Assembly: GCA_020638795.1 (NCBI GenBank)
Contig: JACKHW010000005.1
Span: 218,023 to 282,022, forward strand
DNA from: Planctomycetota bacterium
GTDB taxonomy: Bacteria; Planctomycetota; UBA1135; GCA-002748355
DNA: 64,000 nucleotides
Direction of reading: 5' to 3'
The notes beneath the pieces are model-generated. The model worked only from the letters and a program-made list of their open reading frames with translations, did no database searches and was not told where the DNA came from. Both the position numbers and the translations under genes were made by a program. This document shows, piece by piece, positions 26,046 to 37,200 of this stretch; positions within the stretch are counted from its first letter, which is position 1; every line of letters starts with the position of its first letter.

Positions 26046-27569
26046 GTGAAACACACTGCTTCTCTCACAGCGGCATCCGCATTGCTGCTCACCTTGCCCG
26101 CAACCGCACAACTCAATCCCCCGAACCCGACACCCGCGGTATCGCCGCGCGCCAACTGGGTGCGGTTGACCAACATCCCCGGCGAGCCCACGCAGCGCCG
26201 TGACAACCCCGGTGCAGCGAGCCAAGACAAGCTCTACGTCTTCGGCGGTCGCGACGGGAACGCCAACAGCAACACGCTCAACGCGCTCTACGAGTTCGAC
26301 GGCAAGACTTGGGTGATCAAGACTTCCGAAGGTGCAACGGGTTCGCCCCCGACCCGCGGTGGCGCATGCATCTGTTGGGATTTCTCGCGCAACAAGCTCG
26401 TCGTCTTCGGCGGCGACACCGGCGGCACCACGCCGACGTTGCTCGGCGACACCTGGGAATGGGATCCGACGACCAACGCGTGGACACAGATCACCGGTGC
26501 GGGACCTGCCGCACGCCGCTGGGCTGCGATGGCGTACGACCCGTTGCGTCGTGGCATCGTCCTGTTCGGTGGCGAAACCGTCCTCAACGGCGCGCCGGTC
26601 AACGACACGTGGTTCTATTCGAACGGTGTTTGGGCTCTGCAGTCGACGGCGACGTCGCCGCCTGCACGCCGACAACATAGCATGATGACCCGGCAGAGCT
26701 ACCGCGACGTACTCCTCGTCGCGGGCCAGGATTCGACCGCGACGCCGCAAGTGCGCTTCCTCGACGTCTGGCGTTGGAGCGGTGTGTCGTGGACCCAGAT
26801 CAACACCAACGGCACGCACCCGCACGGCACGACGGCCAACCAAGCGGTCTATGACGAAGCGCGTCAGCGCGTCGTCATGCAAGGCGGCCAGGGGATCTCC
26901 GTTCCGAACAGCGCAGGCGGAGGCCAGTACGGCGACCTCTACGGTGGTTCGCCATCGACGTGGTGCAGCGAGTTCGACAGCTTGACCAACAAGTGGATCC
27001 TCTACGGGCAATCCGGTTTCAATACCGCCGACCCGGCAATCGGTCGCGTCAGCCGTTACTTCGGAGGCTACGTCGCGTCGCTCGAAAAGGTCTACAAGGT
27101 CAGCGGGCAAGACCCGTCCGGCCTTGCGGGCTACCGCTTCACGGCCGAGTATCAGGCCACGCCGATCGCGTCGACCACAACTCTGGGTTCGGGCTGCCAG
27201 AGCATCTCGCTCGATGCCACGTCCCCCGAAGATCGCCCGTGGCTCGGCCGCACACTGACGACGACCGCAACCGGCCTCAAGACCGGCTCGATCTCGCTCG
27301 GCCTGCTCGGCTTCCAGTCGTACAACATTCCGCTCAGCTCGATCTTCAGCTTCGGCGGCACGGGCTGCACGCTCTACAGCGGCTTCGACCTCCTCGTCGT
27401 GTTGCCTAACGTCCAAGGAAAGGCGACGTTCGCTCTGCCACTCCCGGCAGACTCGCAACTCGCTGGCGCGAACTTCTACGAACAAGTGCTCGAGTTCACG
27501 CTCTCCGGCTCGTCGTTCACGGGCGCAGCCTCGTCGAACGCGCTGACGCTGAACGCCGGCGCTCTCTGA
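26046..27569 (+). CDS. Secreted Kelch-repeat beta-propeller protein with C-terminal two-Cys module
   Basis: There are several Kelch-like blades (FGGRDGNANSNTLNALYEFDGKTW, FGGDTGG...GDTWEWDPTTNAW, FGGETVLNG...NDTWFY). Signal peptide is ...ASALLLTLPATA|QLN. The start is uncertain: GTG at 26046, or TTG at 26031. Confidence 0.8.
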   Translation: MKHTASLTAASALLLTLPATAQLNPPNPTPAVSPRANWVRLTNIPGEPTQRRDNPGAASQDKLYVFGGRDGNANSNTLNALYEFDGKTWVIKTSEGATGSPPTRGGACICWDFSRNKLVVFGGDTGGTTPTLLGDTWEWDPTTNAWTQITGAGPAARRWAAMAYDPLRRGIVLFGGETVLNGAPVNDTWFYSNGVWALQSTATSPPARRQHSMMTRQSYRDVLLVAGQDSTATPQVRFLDVWRWSGVSWTQINTNGTHPHGTTANQAVYDEARQRVVMQGGQGISVPNSAGGGQYGDLYGGSPSTWCSEFDSLTNKWILYGQSGFNTADPAIGRVSRYFGGYVASLEKVYKVSGQDPSGLAGYRFTAEYQATPIASTTTLGSGCQSISLDATSPEDRPWLGRTLTTTATGLKTGSISLGLLGFQSYNIPLSSIFSFGGTGCTLYSGFDLLVVLPNVQGKATFALPLPADSQLAGANFYEQVLEFTLSGSSFTGAASSNALTLNAGAL

Positions 27570-27645
27570 TCGGGTCTTCTCGGGCGCGACGTCGAACCGA
27601 CCTCGACGCACGCGCTTGCCCCGGCTACCGTCGGGAGCAGCGCGC

Positions 27646-27732
27646 GCGAGAGTGGCGGAATCGGCAGACGCGGCGGACTTAAAATCCGCTCCCGCTATCG
27701 GGGTCCGGGTTCGAGTCCCGGCTCTCGCACCA
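27646..27732 (+). tRNA. tRNA-Leu (anticodon UAA)
   Basis: Acceptor stem is GCGAGAG/CTCTCGC. Anticodon arm is GCGGA-cuUAAaa-TCCGC. There is a long variable arm (CCCGctatCGGG) and a T-arm CCGGGttcgagtCCCGG. Discriminator A and an encoded CCA end at 27732. Confidence 0.9.
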
Positions 27733-27772
27733 GTCGCGCGACACGTGCAGGCGGTTTGGGTACTCTGGAGAG

Positions 27773-28780
27773 ATGCAACTCTCACTCTCTCCATATTCTC
27801 TCTGCGCTTTCGCACTGGGTTCCCTCGTCGTTCTCGCAGCCGATGTCGGTGCGCAGCAGTCGATCCCCACTGGCTTCCTGACGGACGCCGGAGCCTCGTA
27901 CACCAACTACCCGTTCGGTCTCGCGAACTCGCGGGTGCAGTATCTCTACGACGCGTCGTTGATCGTTCCGCCTGCGCTACCGATCAATCAACTCGAAGTC
28001 CGCGCACACCCGAGCCTCACAGCGACGGCACACACAGCGACGTTCGAGATTCGTATCTCGACTTCGCAGTCCGCTTGGGACTCGGCATCGACGACGTTCG
28101 CAACCAATAGCGGGAACGACGAAGTCGTCACGTTCACGCCGAAGAGCGTCAACCTTCCCGGTTATGCATCCTCGACGACGCCCAACTGGCCGACCGTGTT
28201 CAAGCTCGACAAGCCATTCGTCTACATCAAGGCGAAGGGGAATCTCTTGATCGACTACCTGAAGTCGAATGGGCAATCGACCACGTATCCGTCGAACGTG
28301 GTCTGGAACAAGACAGTTGCATCCAACACGATCGGCACGCCGTGCAAGACGGCCAACCAGTCGTTCACCGGCGGCGCTGCGATTTCGACGACGTCGACCC
28401 TCATGTTCTCGCTGACGGGAGGTCCGGCGAACGGAGCCGCTGCGCAGATCCTCTCGTTCCAGAAGCTCCCGCAGTCGGTCCCTCTGCCCAATGGCGGCTG
28501 CCCGCTGCACGTCGTCCCGTTCCTCGTCTTCGGCGTGGCAACCAGTGCGACGGGGACAGCGAGCGTGACGTATCCAACCCCGGTCGGCACGCGCAGCCTG
28601 ACGGGTCCGGTCGTCTTCAGCCAGTGGGTCGGCCTCGGCGCAACTTGGGACTCGAGCCCCGCGATCGAAGTGACGATCGGCGGCTACTTGCCCTGCTGCC
28701 GTATCTACAACACGTCGAGTGCGACCGCGACGACCGGCAGCGTGCAGATCGGTGCAGGCATCGTGCACAAGGTTCTTTGA
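27773..28780 (+). CDS. Secreted protein, full-length member of the local paralogue family
   Basis: ATG follows GGAGAG. Signal peptide is ...LVVLAADVGA|QQS. By eye roughly 40% identical to the 60274..61272 product (GFLxxxGSxxTxYPxG...RxQYLYDxS...TTFAxNxGxxEVVxFT...). Confidence 0.75.
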   Translation: MQLSLSPYSLCAFALGSLVVLAADVGAQQSIPTGFLTDAGASYTNYPFGLANSRVQYLYDASLIVPPALPINQLEVRAHPSLTATAHTATFEIRISTSQSAWDSASTTFATNSGNDEVVTFTPKSVNLPGYASSTTPNWPTVFKLDKPFVYIKAKGNLLIDYLKSNGQSTTYPSNVVWNKTVASNTIGTPCKTANQSFTGGAAISTTSTLMFSLTGGPANGAAAQILSFQKLPQSVPLPNGGCPLHVVPFLVFGVATSATGTASVTYPTPVGTRSLTGPVVFSQWVGLGATWDSSPAIEVTIGGYLPCCRIYNTSSATATTGSVQIGAGIVHKVL

Positions 28781-28784
28781 GCTG

Positions 28785-29915
28785 TCAGGGCAGGTCGCGC
28801 TTCCCGCCGAGCCATCCGAGACGGCGGAACCAAAGAAGCATCAAGAGCGCGATGATGCCGAGCACGACGAGAAAGCCGACGTAGGCATACGGCGTCTCGA
28901 GTTCGGGCATGTTGCCGGGCAGCTTCGTGTCGAAGTTCATTCCGTACAGCCCGGTCAGGAACATCATCGGAATAAAGATCGTCGAGATGACGGTCAGGAC
29001 GCGCATCGTCTCGTTCATCCCGTGACTCAGCGTCGAGAGGTAGAGGTCGAGTAGCGACGCGACGATTTCTCGGTAGCCCTCGATCATGTCGAGCACTTGG
29101 ACGACGTGGTCGTGGACGTCGCGCAGGTAGACCTTCGTCATCTCTTCGAAGCTGCCGTCATCACTGCGGATCAGGCTCTGCACCATCTCGCGCATCGGCC
29201 AGCACGAACGCCGCAACTGCGTGAGTTCGCGCTTCATCCTGAGGATCTCGACGACCTGGCTCTGATGCACGCGCTCGAGGACTTGCTCTTCGAGTTCTTC
29301 CAGTGCTTCGCCGTATGTTTCGAGCACGGGGAAATACGCATCGACACACGCGTCGAGCAACGCATAGACGAGATAATCGGGGCCATAGCGTCGAATCCGT
29401 CCACGTCCCGTTCGAATCCGGGCGCGCACGGGCTCGAACACATCGCCGACGCGCTCCTGGAACGTGATCACCGATTGGCCACCGAGCCAGATGCCGAGCT
29501 GTTCGGTCTCGATCCCTTCCGAGTCCGGACGGAGCATGCGGCAGACGAGGAAGCGACCTTCGTCGTACTCGTCGGTCTTGGCGCGCTGGCCCGTGTGCAC
29601 GATGTCCTCGAGCACGAGCGGGTGGATCCCCGCTCGCGACGCGAGCTCTTCGAGCAGCCGGGTGTTGGCGAGGCCCGACGCATCGATCCACACGACTCCC
29701 CCACCATCGTTCAGCGGCAACTCGTCAACGGAATGAGACTCGTCTTGGTGCTCGACGAAGGCATGGGCGTCGTAGCGAACCCATCGCAGCGCCGTCGGCT
29801 CCGCGGACTCGTCCACGACGACGGTCCCGGGCATGCTGCCCGGCGCCGGACGACGTCCGCGCCCGAAGAGTCGCGCGAGCGAAGTCTGCCGCAGCCTGCG
29901 CGCGCTGAACGCCAT
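28785..29915 (-). CDS. corA: CorA family magnesium/cobalt transporter
   Basis: C-terminal TM pair carries the YGMNF signature (LTGLYGMNFDTKLPG). I chose the start at ATG 29915, just downstream of the fbp stop at 29923. The track start at 30047 would overlap fbp. Confidence 0.9.
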   Translation of the reverse strand: MAFSARRLRQTSLARLFGRGRRPAPGSMPGTVVVDESAEPTALRWVRYDAHAFVEHQDESHSVDELPLNDGGGVVWIDASGLANTRLLEELASRAGIHPLVLEDIVHTGQRAKTDEYDEGRFLVCRMLRPDSEGIETEQLGIWLGGQSVITFQERVGDVFEPVRARIRTGRGRIRRYGPDYLVYALLDACVDAYFPVLETYGEALEELEEQVLERVHQSQVVEILRMKRELTQLRRSCWPMREMVQSLIRSDDGSFEEMTKVYLRDVHDHVVQVLDMIEGYREIVASLLDLYLSTLSHGMNETMRVLTVISTIFIPMMFLTGLYGMNFDTKLPGNMPELETPYAYVGFLVVLGIIALLMLLWFRRLGWLGGKRDLP

Positions 29916-29922
29916 CGACGCG

Positions 29923-30918
29923 TCAGCGCAGCGACTCGACGGCGTACTCGACGTCGGCACGCGACCCGACGAAGAGCGGGCAGCGTTCATGGAGTTCCTT
30001 GGGATCCAACTCGAGCGAGCGGACAAGTCCATCGCTTGCCGCACCACCGGCGCGCTCCGCGATCTTCGCGAGCGGGGCCGCCTCGTAGAGGTAGCGCAGC
30101 TTTCCTCGCGGTCGGTCCGTCAGGCCCGGGTAGAGGAAGATTCCACCCTGCAAGAGCGTGCGATGGAAGTCGGCAACGAGCGCACCTGTGTAGCGCGCAG
30201 CTCGCTTGCCGACCGGCGCGCGCCCTTGACGGAACGACGCGACGAGTTCCTTGGTCTTGTCGTCCCACTTCGACTCGTTGGATTCGTTGACGCTGTACGA
30301 GCCACCACCCTCGGGCATGCGAATGTCGGAATGCGTGAGGAAGAACTCGCCGATCGACCGGTCGAGCGTGAATCCGTTCACCGGACCGTCTTCTCCTGCG
30401 GTGTAGACGAAGACCGTCGCGGGGCCGTAGAGGATGTAGCCGGCGGCAACTTGCGCATCGCCGCGCTTGAGGAAGTCACGCTCGTGCACCGGTACATCGA
30501 TGCTCTCGCGCTGATGCACCGAGAAGATCGAACCGAGCGATCCGTTGATGTCGATGTTGCCGGACCCATCGAGGGGATCGAACAAGACCATGTATTTCCC
30601 ACTCTGCGATTCCTCATCGTCGAATGCGTGGATCTTCGCGCGCTCCTCGGATGCGACCGCACAGACGGAACCGAGCGACTCGAACACGCGAACGAACGTG
30701 TGATCAGCCAGCTCATCGAGCTTCTGCACGCGCTCGCCCTGCACGTTGACGATGCCGGTCTCGCCATGCTCTCCGAGGAAGCCCGCATTGAGCAGGCGCT
30801 GCGCGACCATACGCCCCGCGAGACTGAGGCGTGCGAGGATGCGCGATAGTTCACCGGTGGCTCCCGGATGGAGACGCTCGGTCGTTCGAATGTGCTCGAT
30901 GAGTGTGGGGCGTGTCAT
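29923..30918 (-). CDS. fbp: Class 1 fructose-1,6-bisphosphatase
   Basis: 331 aa. Typical FBPase I blocks are FDPLDGSGNIDINGSLGSIF, YGPATVFVYT and GKLRYLYEAAPLAKIAERAGG. Confidence 0.92.
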   Translation of the reverse strand: MTRPTLIEHIRTTERLHPGATGELSRILARLSLAGRMVAQRLLNAGFLGEHGETGIVNVQGERVQKLDELADHTFVRVFESLGSVCAVASEERAKIHAFDDEESQSGKYMVLFDPLDGSGNIDINGSLGSIFSVHQRESIDVPVHERDFLKRGDAQVAAGYILYGPATVFVYTAGEDGPVNGFTLDRSIGEFFLTHSDIRMPEGGGSYSVNESNESKWDDKTKELVASFRQGRAPVGKRAARYTGALVADFHRTLLQGGIFLYPGLTDRPRGKLRYLYEAAPLAKIAERAGGAASDGLVRSLELDPKELHERCPLFVGSRADVEYAVESLR

Positions 30919-30929
30919 TGCGGTGCGGA

Positions 30930-32585
30930 TCAGTGGCCTTCGGAGAACCAGTCTTCCTGCTTGCCGATCTGCTTGGGACGCGCGTCATCGTTCGCGACCT
31001 CGTAGCCGATCGTGAACGCGAGTCGCGCGATCCGCTCGATCTTGTCGTACTCGAGCTTCTCGGGCGTGTCGCTCGGCATGTGGTAGTCCGCGTGCTCGTC
31101 GTCGCAGAAGAACACGACCGGAATACCCTCCTTGGCGAAGTTCCAGTGATCGCTGCGCTGATAGAACTTGTCGCCGTTCGTCATTTTCAGATCGAACGAC
31201 GCGCCGAGCTCTGCCGCACGACGCGCGAGCGTCGAGTAGTCCTTGTTGCGGAACGTCGGCGTGAGTGCGACCGAATCGGACGGCACCTTGTCCGTGCTCC
31301 TGCCGAGCATGTCCATGTTGATGTCGGCGACGATCTTGTCGATCGGCCACGTCGGATGACTCGCGAAGTGCTCCGAGCCCCACAGGCCGAGCTCTTCTCC
31401 CGACACCGCGAGGAACATGATGCTGCGGCGCGGGCGCGCGTCGCCCTCGAGTTTGGAGAACGCCTCGGCGATCTCGAGCACGGTGGACGAACCACTTGCA
31501 TTGTCATCGGCGCCGTTGAACACACCACCGTTGGCCGTCAGGCCGAGGTGGTCCATGTGGCACGAGAAGACGACCAGCTCGTTCTTGAGCTTCGGATCGC
31601 GGCCTTCGAGGACGGCGACGATGTTCTTCGCGTCGAGGTCCTCGGAATAAGGCTTGGCTTTGATACGGACTTGGGCCTTGGACTTCTTGCCGACGAGCTG
31701 CTCGTCACTCCAATCCGACAAACCGTCGATTCCGAGCACTTTGAGAAGCGCTGCCGCATCCTTGCCATCGACGGCGACCGTCGGGACTTTCGGAACCTGA
31801 TCGCCGAACATCGGGCGTCCCCGTCCGCGCGCGATCTGCGGCTTGCCGGGATACGACGTCGACATGTTGGCTGCCGACAGGAAGCTCACACTGAGTTCCT
31901 TCGAAACGAGAATGCAGCCACGGGCGCCTCCGGCGTCCGCGTTCTTCGCGATCGCGCGGACCTCGGCCATCAAGCGGAAGCCCTCACCGAACGCCGCCAT
32001 CGTGCTGCGCGGTTCGCGATCGGACTCGGGCATGACACAAACCGCGATCGCGCCTTGGAGAGCCATCTCGCGCGGATTCGTCGATCCACACCAGACGAGA
32101 CGCCCCTGGACCTTGACCTCCTGCTTCTTGCGCGTGTTGACGAACCAAGCGCCATACTCGCAGATGCGCTTGCCCGCGGCGTCGAAGATGCCCGTCTGCT
32201 CCGGCACGAGTCCGGTCGCGCGAACCTCGTAGGTCTGCTCGTACCCGCGCTTCCCACCCACGGTATCACCCCATGGTTCGAGCCCGAGGGACTCGAAGTG
32301 CTTCCGGAAGTACTCGGCGGCCTTCAGCTGTCCGGCCGTGCCGGTCAGTCGCCCTTCGTACTCGTCGGACGCCAGCGTCATCGCGTGAGTCTTCAAGTCG
32401 GCTGCCGTGATCGTCGCGCGAGCCGTCGGCATCGGCCCGATGCTGGCCAAGGTGGGCTTCGAGCCATCGGGCTTCGGCGGAGCCTCGACTTGGCCTTGCG
32501 CGACAGAAGGCACGACCACCATGGTCGCGAGTACGATCCGTGCGATTCCCCGTGGGAACGTCGAAAACAGGCTTGGCGCGTTCAT
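30930..32585 (-). CDS. Secreted M28 family aminopeptidase with PA domain
   Basis: ATG at 32585 gives signal peptide ...IVLATMVVVPSVA|QGQ. M28 metal-site blocks are SCHMDHLG, GADDNASGSS, SGEELGLWGS and SDHWNF. Confidence 0.85.
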   Translation of the reverse strand: MNAPSLFSTFPRGIARIVLATMVVVPSVAQGQVEAPPKPDGSKPTLASIGPMPTARATITAADLKTHAMTLASDEYEGRLTGTAGQLKAAEYFRKHFESLGLEPWGDTVGGKRGYEQTYEVRATGLVPEQTGIFDAAGKRICEYGAWFVNTRKKQEVKVQGRLVWCGSTNPREMALQGAIAVCVMPESDREPRSTMAAFGEGFRLMAEVRAIAKNADAGGARGCILVSKELSVSFLSAANMSTSYPGKPQIARGRGRPMFGDQVPKVPTVAVDGKDAAALLKVLGIDGLSDWSDEQLVGKKSKAQVRIKAKPYSEDLDAKNIVAVLEGRDPKLKNELVVFSCHMDHLGLTANGGVFNGADDNASGSSTVLEIAEAFSKLEGDARPRRSIMFLAVSGEELGLWGSEHFASHPTWPIDKIVADINMDMLGRSTDKVPSDSVALTPTFRNKDYSTLARRAAELGASFDLKMTNGDKFYQRSDHWNFAKEGIPVVFFCDDEHADYHMPSDTPEKLEYDKIERIARLAFTIGYEVANDDARPKQIGKQEDWFSEGH

Positions 32586-32794
32586 GAATTTGGCTCCGCT
32601 GGGCATCCTTGCGAGCTGGGCATCCTTACACTTTGGCATGCGTGCCCTCTGGCATGCGTGCGATCGGCAGAGGAGGCGCACCTACGATACGCCCCACCCG
32701 ACCGAACGCCATCGAGCAGCCCCGGAGAAACCGAGGTCGTGCTCCGACGGACACCCGACGCACGATGCCACCGCGGGCTCCGCGCCCGCCGCAG

Positions 32795-34138
32795 TCAGTT
32801 GTCGAGGATCGCCGTGCCCAGCTCGGAGGTGGCGATGCCGAGGGCGTTGGCGGACGCGTCGAGAACCGCGACCTGCTCGTACCACTGCGTTCCTAGAAGT
32901 GAAGTCGAGTTGGGGACCGGGAACGTACGCGTCGCGACACCACCCGTGGCCACGAGGCCGAACGTCGTCAGCGGCAGAGTGTAGAGCGTGCAGCCGCTGG
33001 CACCCGCGTTCGTGAGGTCGATCGACACGCTCTGTGCACCGATGATCGAAACGCAGACACTTGGCACGCCCGTGACTTCGATCGTGAAGTTCTCGCCGAG
33101 TTGCGGCACGTTTCCGCTCAGGTGCACATCACCCGCGGACGACTTACACGACGTACCCGAGATGTCGAACGCGCCGTGTCGCAGCATGAAGCTGTCGAGC
33201 TGGTAGCCGAATTTCGATCCCGTCTGGATGTTGCGGAAGATGAAGCGAAGCCCGGTGTTCGCCTGGGTCACCTTGAACGACACGTTGGGCGAGAGCTGCC
33301 ACGTGCCGGTCTTCTGCTCGGCGGTCGTCCACGTGCGCGTGACGAATCCCGCTGCATTGATGTTGTGCAGGAGGTCGAGATTCCAGAGACCCGTCGCGGG
33401 CACGAAGATGCGATAGTTGAACGTGTACACGCCGGGTTGCAGGATCAGATCGTGCTTTGGGTCCGTCGCGGACCAACCGTAGAAGCTCTTGTGTTCCATC
33501 CAATTGACGCCAGCGGGCTCGGCGACTTCACCGAAGGCCGACGTCGCCTCCGCGACATGGTTCTTGAACCACGTCGCGTTCCCGAGCCAAGCACCGCTCC
33601 ATGGCGCATAGTCGTAATCGAGACTCTGGTACTCGACTGCCTTTTCGGGCAACTGACCGACCTTGAACCAATCGAAGTAGTAGTTCTGCTTCGTGATCGT
33701 CGTGTCGAGGTTGAAGAGACGGAAGAGCACGGGCGCGTTGTCACTCAGCACCGTGAACGTGACCGTCTGACCATAGATCCAGCGGTCCGTGGCCTGGGAG
33801 TGCGTGATGGTCTCGGCGGTCTTGCGCACACCGCCGGAGAACACTTCCAAGCTGATCGGCGCGACGCCGACGTTGTCGGTGAACTTCATGAAGCGTACCG
33901 TCGCGACGTAGTGACCCTTCTTGAGCGCGTTGAGCGTGCGCGTGTAGGTGAACGTCGCGGTCGAGTCGAGGCGGTCGACCTTGCCGCCCTTGGATCCAGC
34001 GAGGGTGAAATCGTCGGTCCAACCGGCGACCGGCGAGTGCGGCCAGTTGGTCATCGATTCTTCGAAGGCGACTTGTGCTGCCGCAGAACCGGCGAGGAGG
34101 GCGAGAACAGGGATTTGTAGGAGGAGAGTCGGTTTCAT
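32795..34138 (-). CDS. Secreted protein with two CBM/jelly-roll-like domains plus the C-terminal two-Cys module
   Basis: ATG at 34138. Signal peptide is MKPTLLLQIPVLALLAGSAAA|QVA. Two internally similar beta-rich domains end in YYFDWFKV and YQLDSFML. The module runs GTSCKS...GASGCTLYTLP...FPVPNSTSLLGTQWYEQV. Confidence 0.7.
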   Translation of the reverse strand: MKPTLLLQIPVLALLAGSAAAQVAFEESMTNWPHSPVAGWTDDFTLAGSKGGKVDRLDSTATFTYTRTLNALKKGHYVATVRFMKFTDNVGVAPISLEVFSGGVRKTAETITHSQATDRWIYGQTVTFTVLSDNAPVLFRLFNLDTTITKQNYYFDWFKVGQLPEKAVEYQSLDYDYAPWSGAWLGNATWFKNHVAEATSAFGEVAEPAGVNWMEHKSFYGWSATDPKHDLILQPGVYTFNYRIFVPATGLWNLDLLHNINAAGFVTRTWTTAEQKTGTWQLSPNVSFKVTQANTGLRFIFRNIQTGSKFGYQLDSFMLRHGAFDISGTSCKSSAGDVHLSGNVPQLGENFTIEVTGVPSVCVSIIGAQSVSIDLTNAGASGCTLYTLPLTTFGLVATGGVATRTFPVPNSTSLLGTQWYEQVAVLDASANALGIATSELGTAILDN

Positions 34139-34212
34139 GGTGCGCTCATTGGAACGCATCCTCCCCCCCTTTTTCGAGGCCCACACCGCGCGCAAGCGGA
34201 AAAAAGGTGCGC

Positions 34213-37200
34213 TCAGGCCTCCGCGGTCGCTTCGACGTTCTCGTCCTGAGTCCGCTTCTTCGCACCCTTGCTGCGGGCTGCGGGCTTGCGGACTGGAACC
34301 TCGGCGTCGACGGTGCGGATCCGCGCGACGTGCGCTTCGGACGCGGCGCCCTCGTCGAGCACATCGTCCACGGCGCCGCTCTCGACGTCCTCGAGACTCA
34401 CACTCATGCGGCTCGAGATGCCCTTGCGGGGCATCGTGACGCCGTAGAGCACGCGGCAGTCGGCCATCGTGCGCTTGTGGTGAGTCACCACGAGGAACTG
34501 CGTCTCCTTCGTGAAATCGTGCAACACACGCAAGAAGCGCTCGACGTTGGCCTCGTCGAGTGCGGCGTCGACTTCGTCGAGAATGCAGAACGGCGACGGG
34601 CGGATCTGGAAGACCGCGAAGAGGATCGCGAGCGCGGTCATCGAACGCTCACCACCGGACAGCAGCCTTATCGAACGCAGCTCCTTGCCCGGCGGCCTCG
34701 CGAAGATCTCGATGCCAGCGTCTAGCGGATCGTCGGTCTCGACGAGTTCGATGTCTGCCTTTCCGCCCTGGAACAACTTGCGGAAGATCTCTTGGAAGTT
34801 CTTGCGCGCGAGATGGAACGTCTCTTCGAAGAGCTTGCGCGACTCGAGATTGATCTGGTGGATCGCGTCGATCAGTTCGCGCTTCGCCTTCTCGAGGTCG
34901 ACGCAATCGCGCTCGAGCTGATCGAACTGTCTCTCGGCCTCCGCGAGTTCGCGCTCGGCATCGAGGTTGATGGCCCCCATGCGCTGCATGCGCACGCGAA
35001 GCACTCCGGCCTCCTTTCGTGCTTCGTCACGATCGAAATCGTCCTGCTCCCAGAGCCGTTCGAGTTCGAGTTCGGGCAGCCAGTAGTCGGGTGGAAGCGT
35101 CGGTCCCTGGAGCGACGAGTTGACGACGCGCTCGAAAACCGGCCCACTCGGAGGCAACTCGGGTCCGGCGACTTCGCGTTCGGACCAGATGCCGCGACCT
35201 TCGACTTCGCCGCGGAGGCGCGCGAGTTCGATCCCGCAGTCCTCGTAGACCTCGCTGTCGAGTCGCTCGAGGCGCATCGATGTTTCTTGGTTGCGCAAGT
35301 AGACCGTCGATCGTGCTTCGCGTGCGGATTCGTACTCGGACTCGATTTCTTGCACGGAACGCCGACCTTCGTCGCGCGCGGCTTCGAGTTCTCGCAGGTT
35401 CTCGGAAGCTTGTTGCACGATGTCCTCGACCGCCTGCGCACGACAACCGAAGTCGACGACTTCGATGCGCAACTGCTCGATGCGACTGACGGTCTCATCG
35501 TGCTCGCGGGTCGAACTCACGCTGCGTCGTTCGAGTTCGCGGCGGCGTTTCTCGAGGTCTTCGATTGCCGCACCGAGTAGCGCACGCTGCTGATCGCGGC
35601 CGCGCATCTCCGCATCGAGACCGGCCTTGCGCGTCTGCGCTTCGGCGAGGCGATCCTGTGTTTCGTGCACGTCACGATCGAGACCCGTCAGCGCGGTGCG
35701 TGCTTCGCGTTGCAGGGCGAGCGTCTCCCTCTCACGCCGATCGAGGAGCACGAGATTCATGATCGGATGCATCCGCGCGCCAAGCGACGTGATGCTCTGG
35801 CCCTCGAGGCGCACGAGCTCTTTGCGACGCAGCTCGAGTTCTTCGATCGTCTCGCGCTCGCGTGCCTGGCGCGTCTGTTGCGCATGCGTGGCGGCCGTGA
35901 GGTTCTTGTCGAGGCTCTCCACCATCGCCTCCAGACGCCGGCGCCCCGCGCCGTGCTGCTCGAGCACATGGTCGAGACTCGACTCCTCGTGACGTGTCGC
36001 CTCGAGTTCGCGATCGACGATCTCGAGACGGCCACTCAAGTGTTCGAGCTGGCTCCGACGCTGCAAGGGGCTCGCTGCCACCTCGGCACAGCCAGCCTGG
36101 ATCCACGCGCCATCGACGGTTTCGCCGCGCAAAGTCACGCAACGCTCGCCGGCAGCGTATGCAGCATCGAGATCCGGAACGAGCAGGACACCCGCCAGCG
36201 CATCGGCGAGCAGCGCTTTCGCGGGCTCTTTGAAGCGACAGTAGTCCGCGATCGGCACGCCCTCGCGGGGCAAGGCGTCCGGCAACGGCTTGGCATCCGC
36301 CGCGTGCTCACCACGTTCGTCCTGCGTTGCGCCATCTGCGCGATTCGTGGACGATCGTGGACCGAAGCGACTGGCGTCGACGAGTGCGAGCCTTGCACCC
36401 TTGTTGGCTTCGAGCTGCGCGAGCGCTGCGTCGACACGAGCGCGATCCTCGACGACGAGCGCTTGCACTCGTGGGCCGAGAACGGCCTCGAGCGCAGGAC
36501 CGAGTTCGATCGGGAAATCGATGCACAGCGCGACGCGCGCGAGGATGCCGTTTTGCTTGCCGTCGTCGTCGCCGAGCAGCGACTTCGCAGCTTCGTCGAT
36601 CCCCGTGTAAGAGGCTTCGAGGTCCTTGAGGAGTTCGATGCGCGACACGAGCGAGGATCGCTCGCGAGCATGCGCGTGACTCCGCTGCACGACCGCGTCC
36701 TTGTCGGCAGCATGCGCGCGGATCTCGTCGATCTTGCGTTCGAGTTCGGCCCGCGCACGATCGTGCCGCTCGGTCAAGTCATCACATTCGCGTGCGCCCG
36801 CGATCGCTTCGAGGCGAACCGTCGCGAGCCGCTGCTCGAGCGTGTCCACCTGCTCGCGGAGCGCTTCCTGCCGGACGCGGATCGCACCGCCTTCGATCTC
36901 TTCCTGTCGCACGATGTTGCGAGCCCGCGTCTTGTCGTGCATCAACTCGAGCATCCGCTGGCTCAGCCGCTCGTCGACCCGCTGCTGTTCACGGAAGCGA
37001 TCTCGCGCCGTCTTGGCTGCCTCGGTCCGACTCGGGACGTCGTCGATCGCGGCCTCGAGCCGAGCGCGCAACTCGTTCTCGCCCGCTTGCAGGTCTTCGA
37101 GCTCGAGGCGCCGCGCATCGAGCAACGCGAGCGTTTCTTCGCTGGTGATCGCGTCCCGGGCCTGGAGATCGCGGAGCTCGAGGAGACGCTTTTCCGACGC

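Noticed and set aside
25956-27815. 619-aa minus-strand ORF
   Set aside because: It is antisense to the Kelch gene and runs straight through the tRNA-Leu. The product is Arg-rich with no motifs.
27733-28780. Genomic island integrated at tRNA-Leu
   Set aside because: I saw no integrase or recombinase, no repeat of the tRNA 3' end, and no obvious composition change.
30903-32984. 693-aa + strand ORF
   Set aside because: It is antisense to the M28 peptidase gene, which has all the metal-site motifs on the minus strand.
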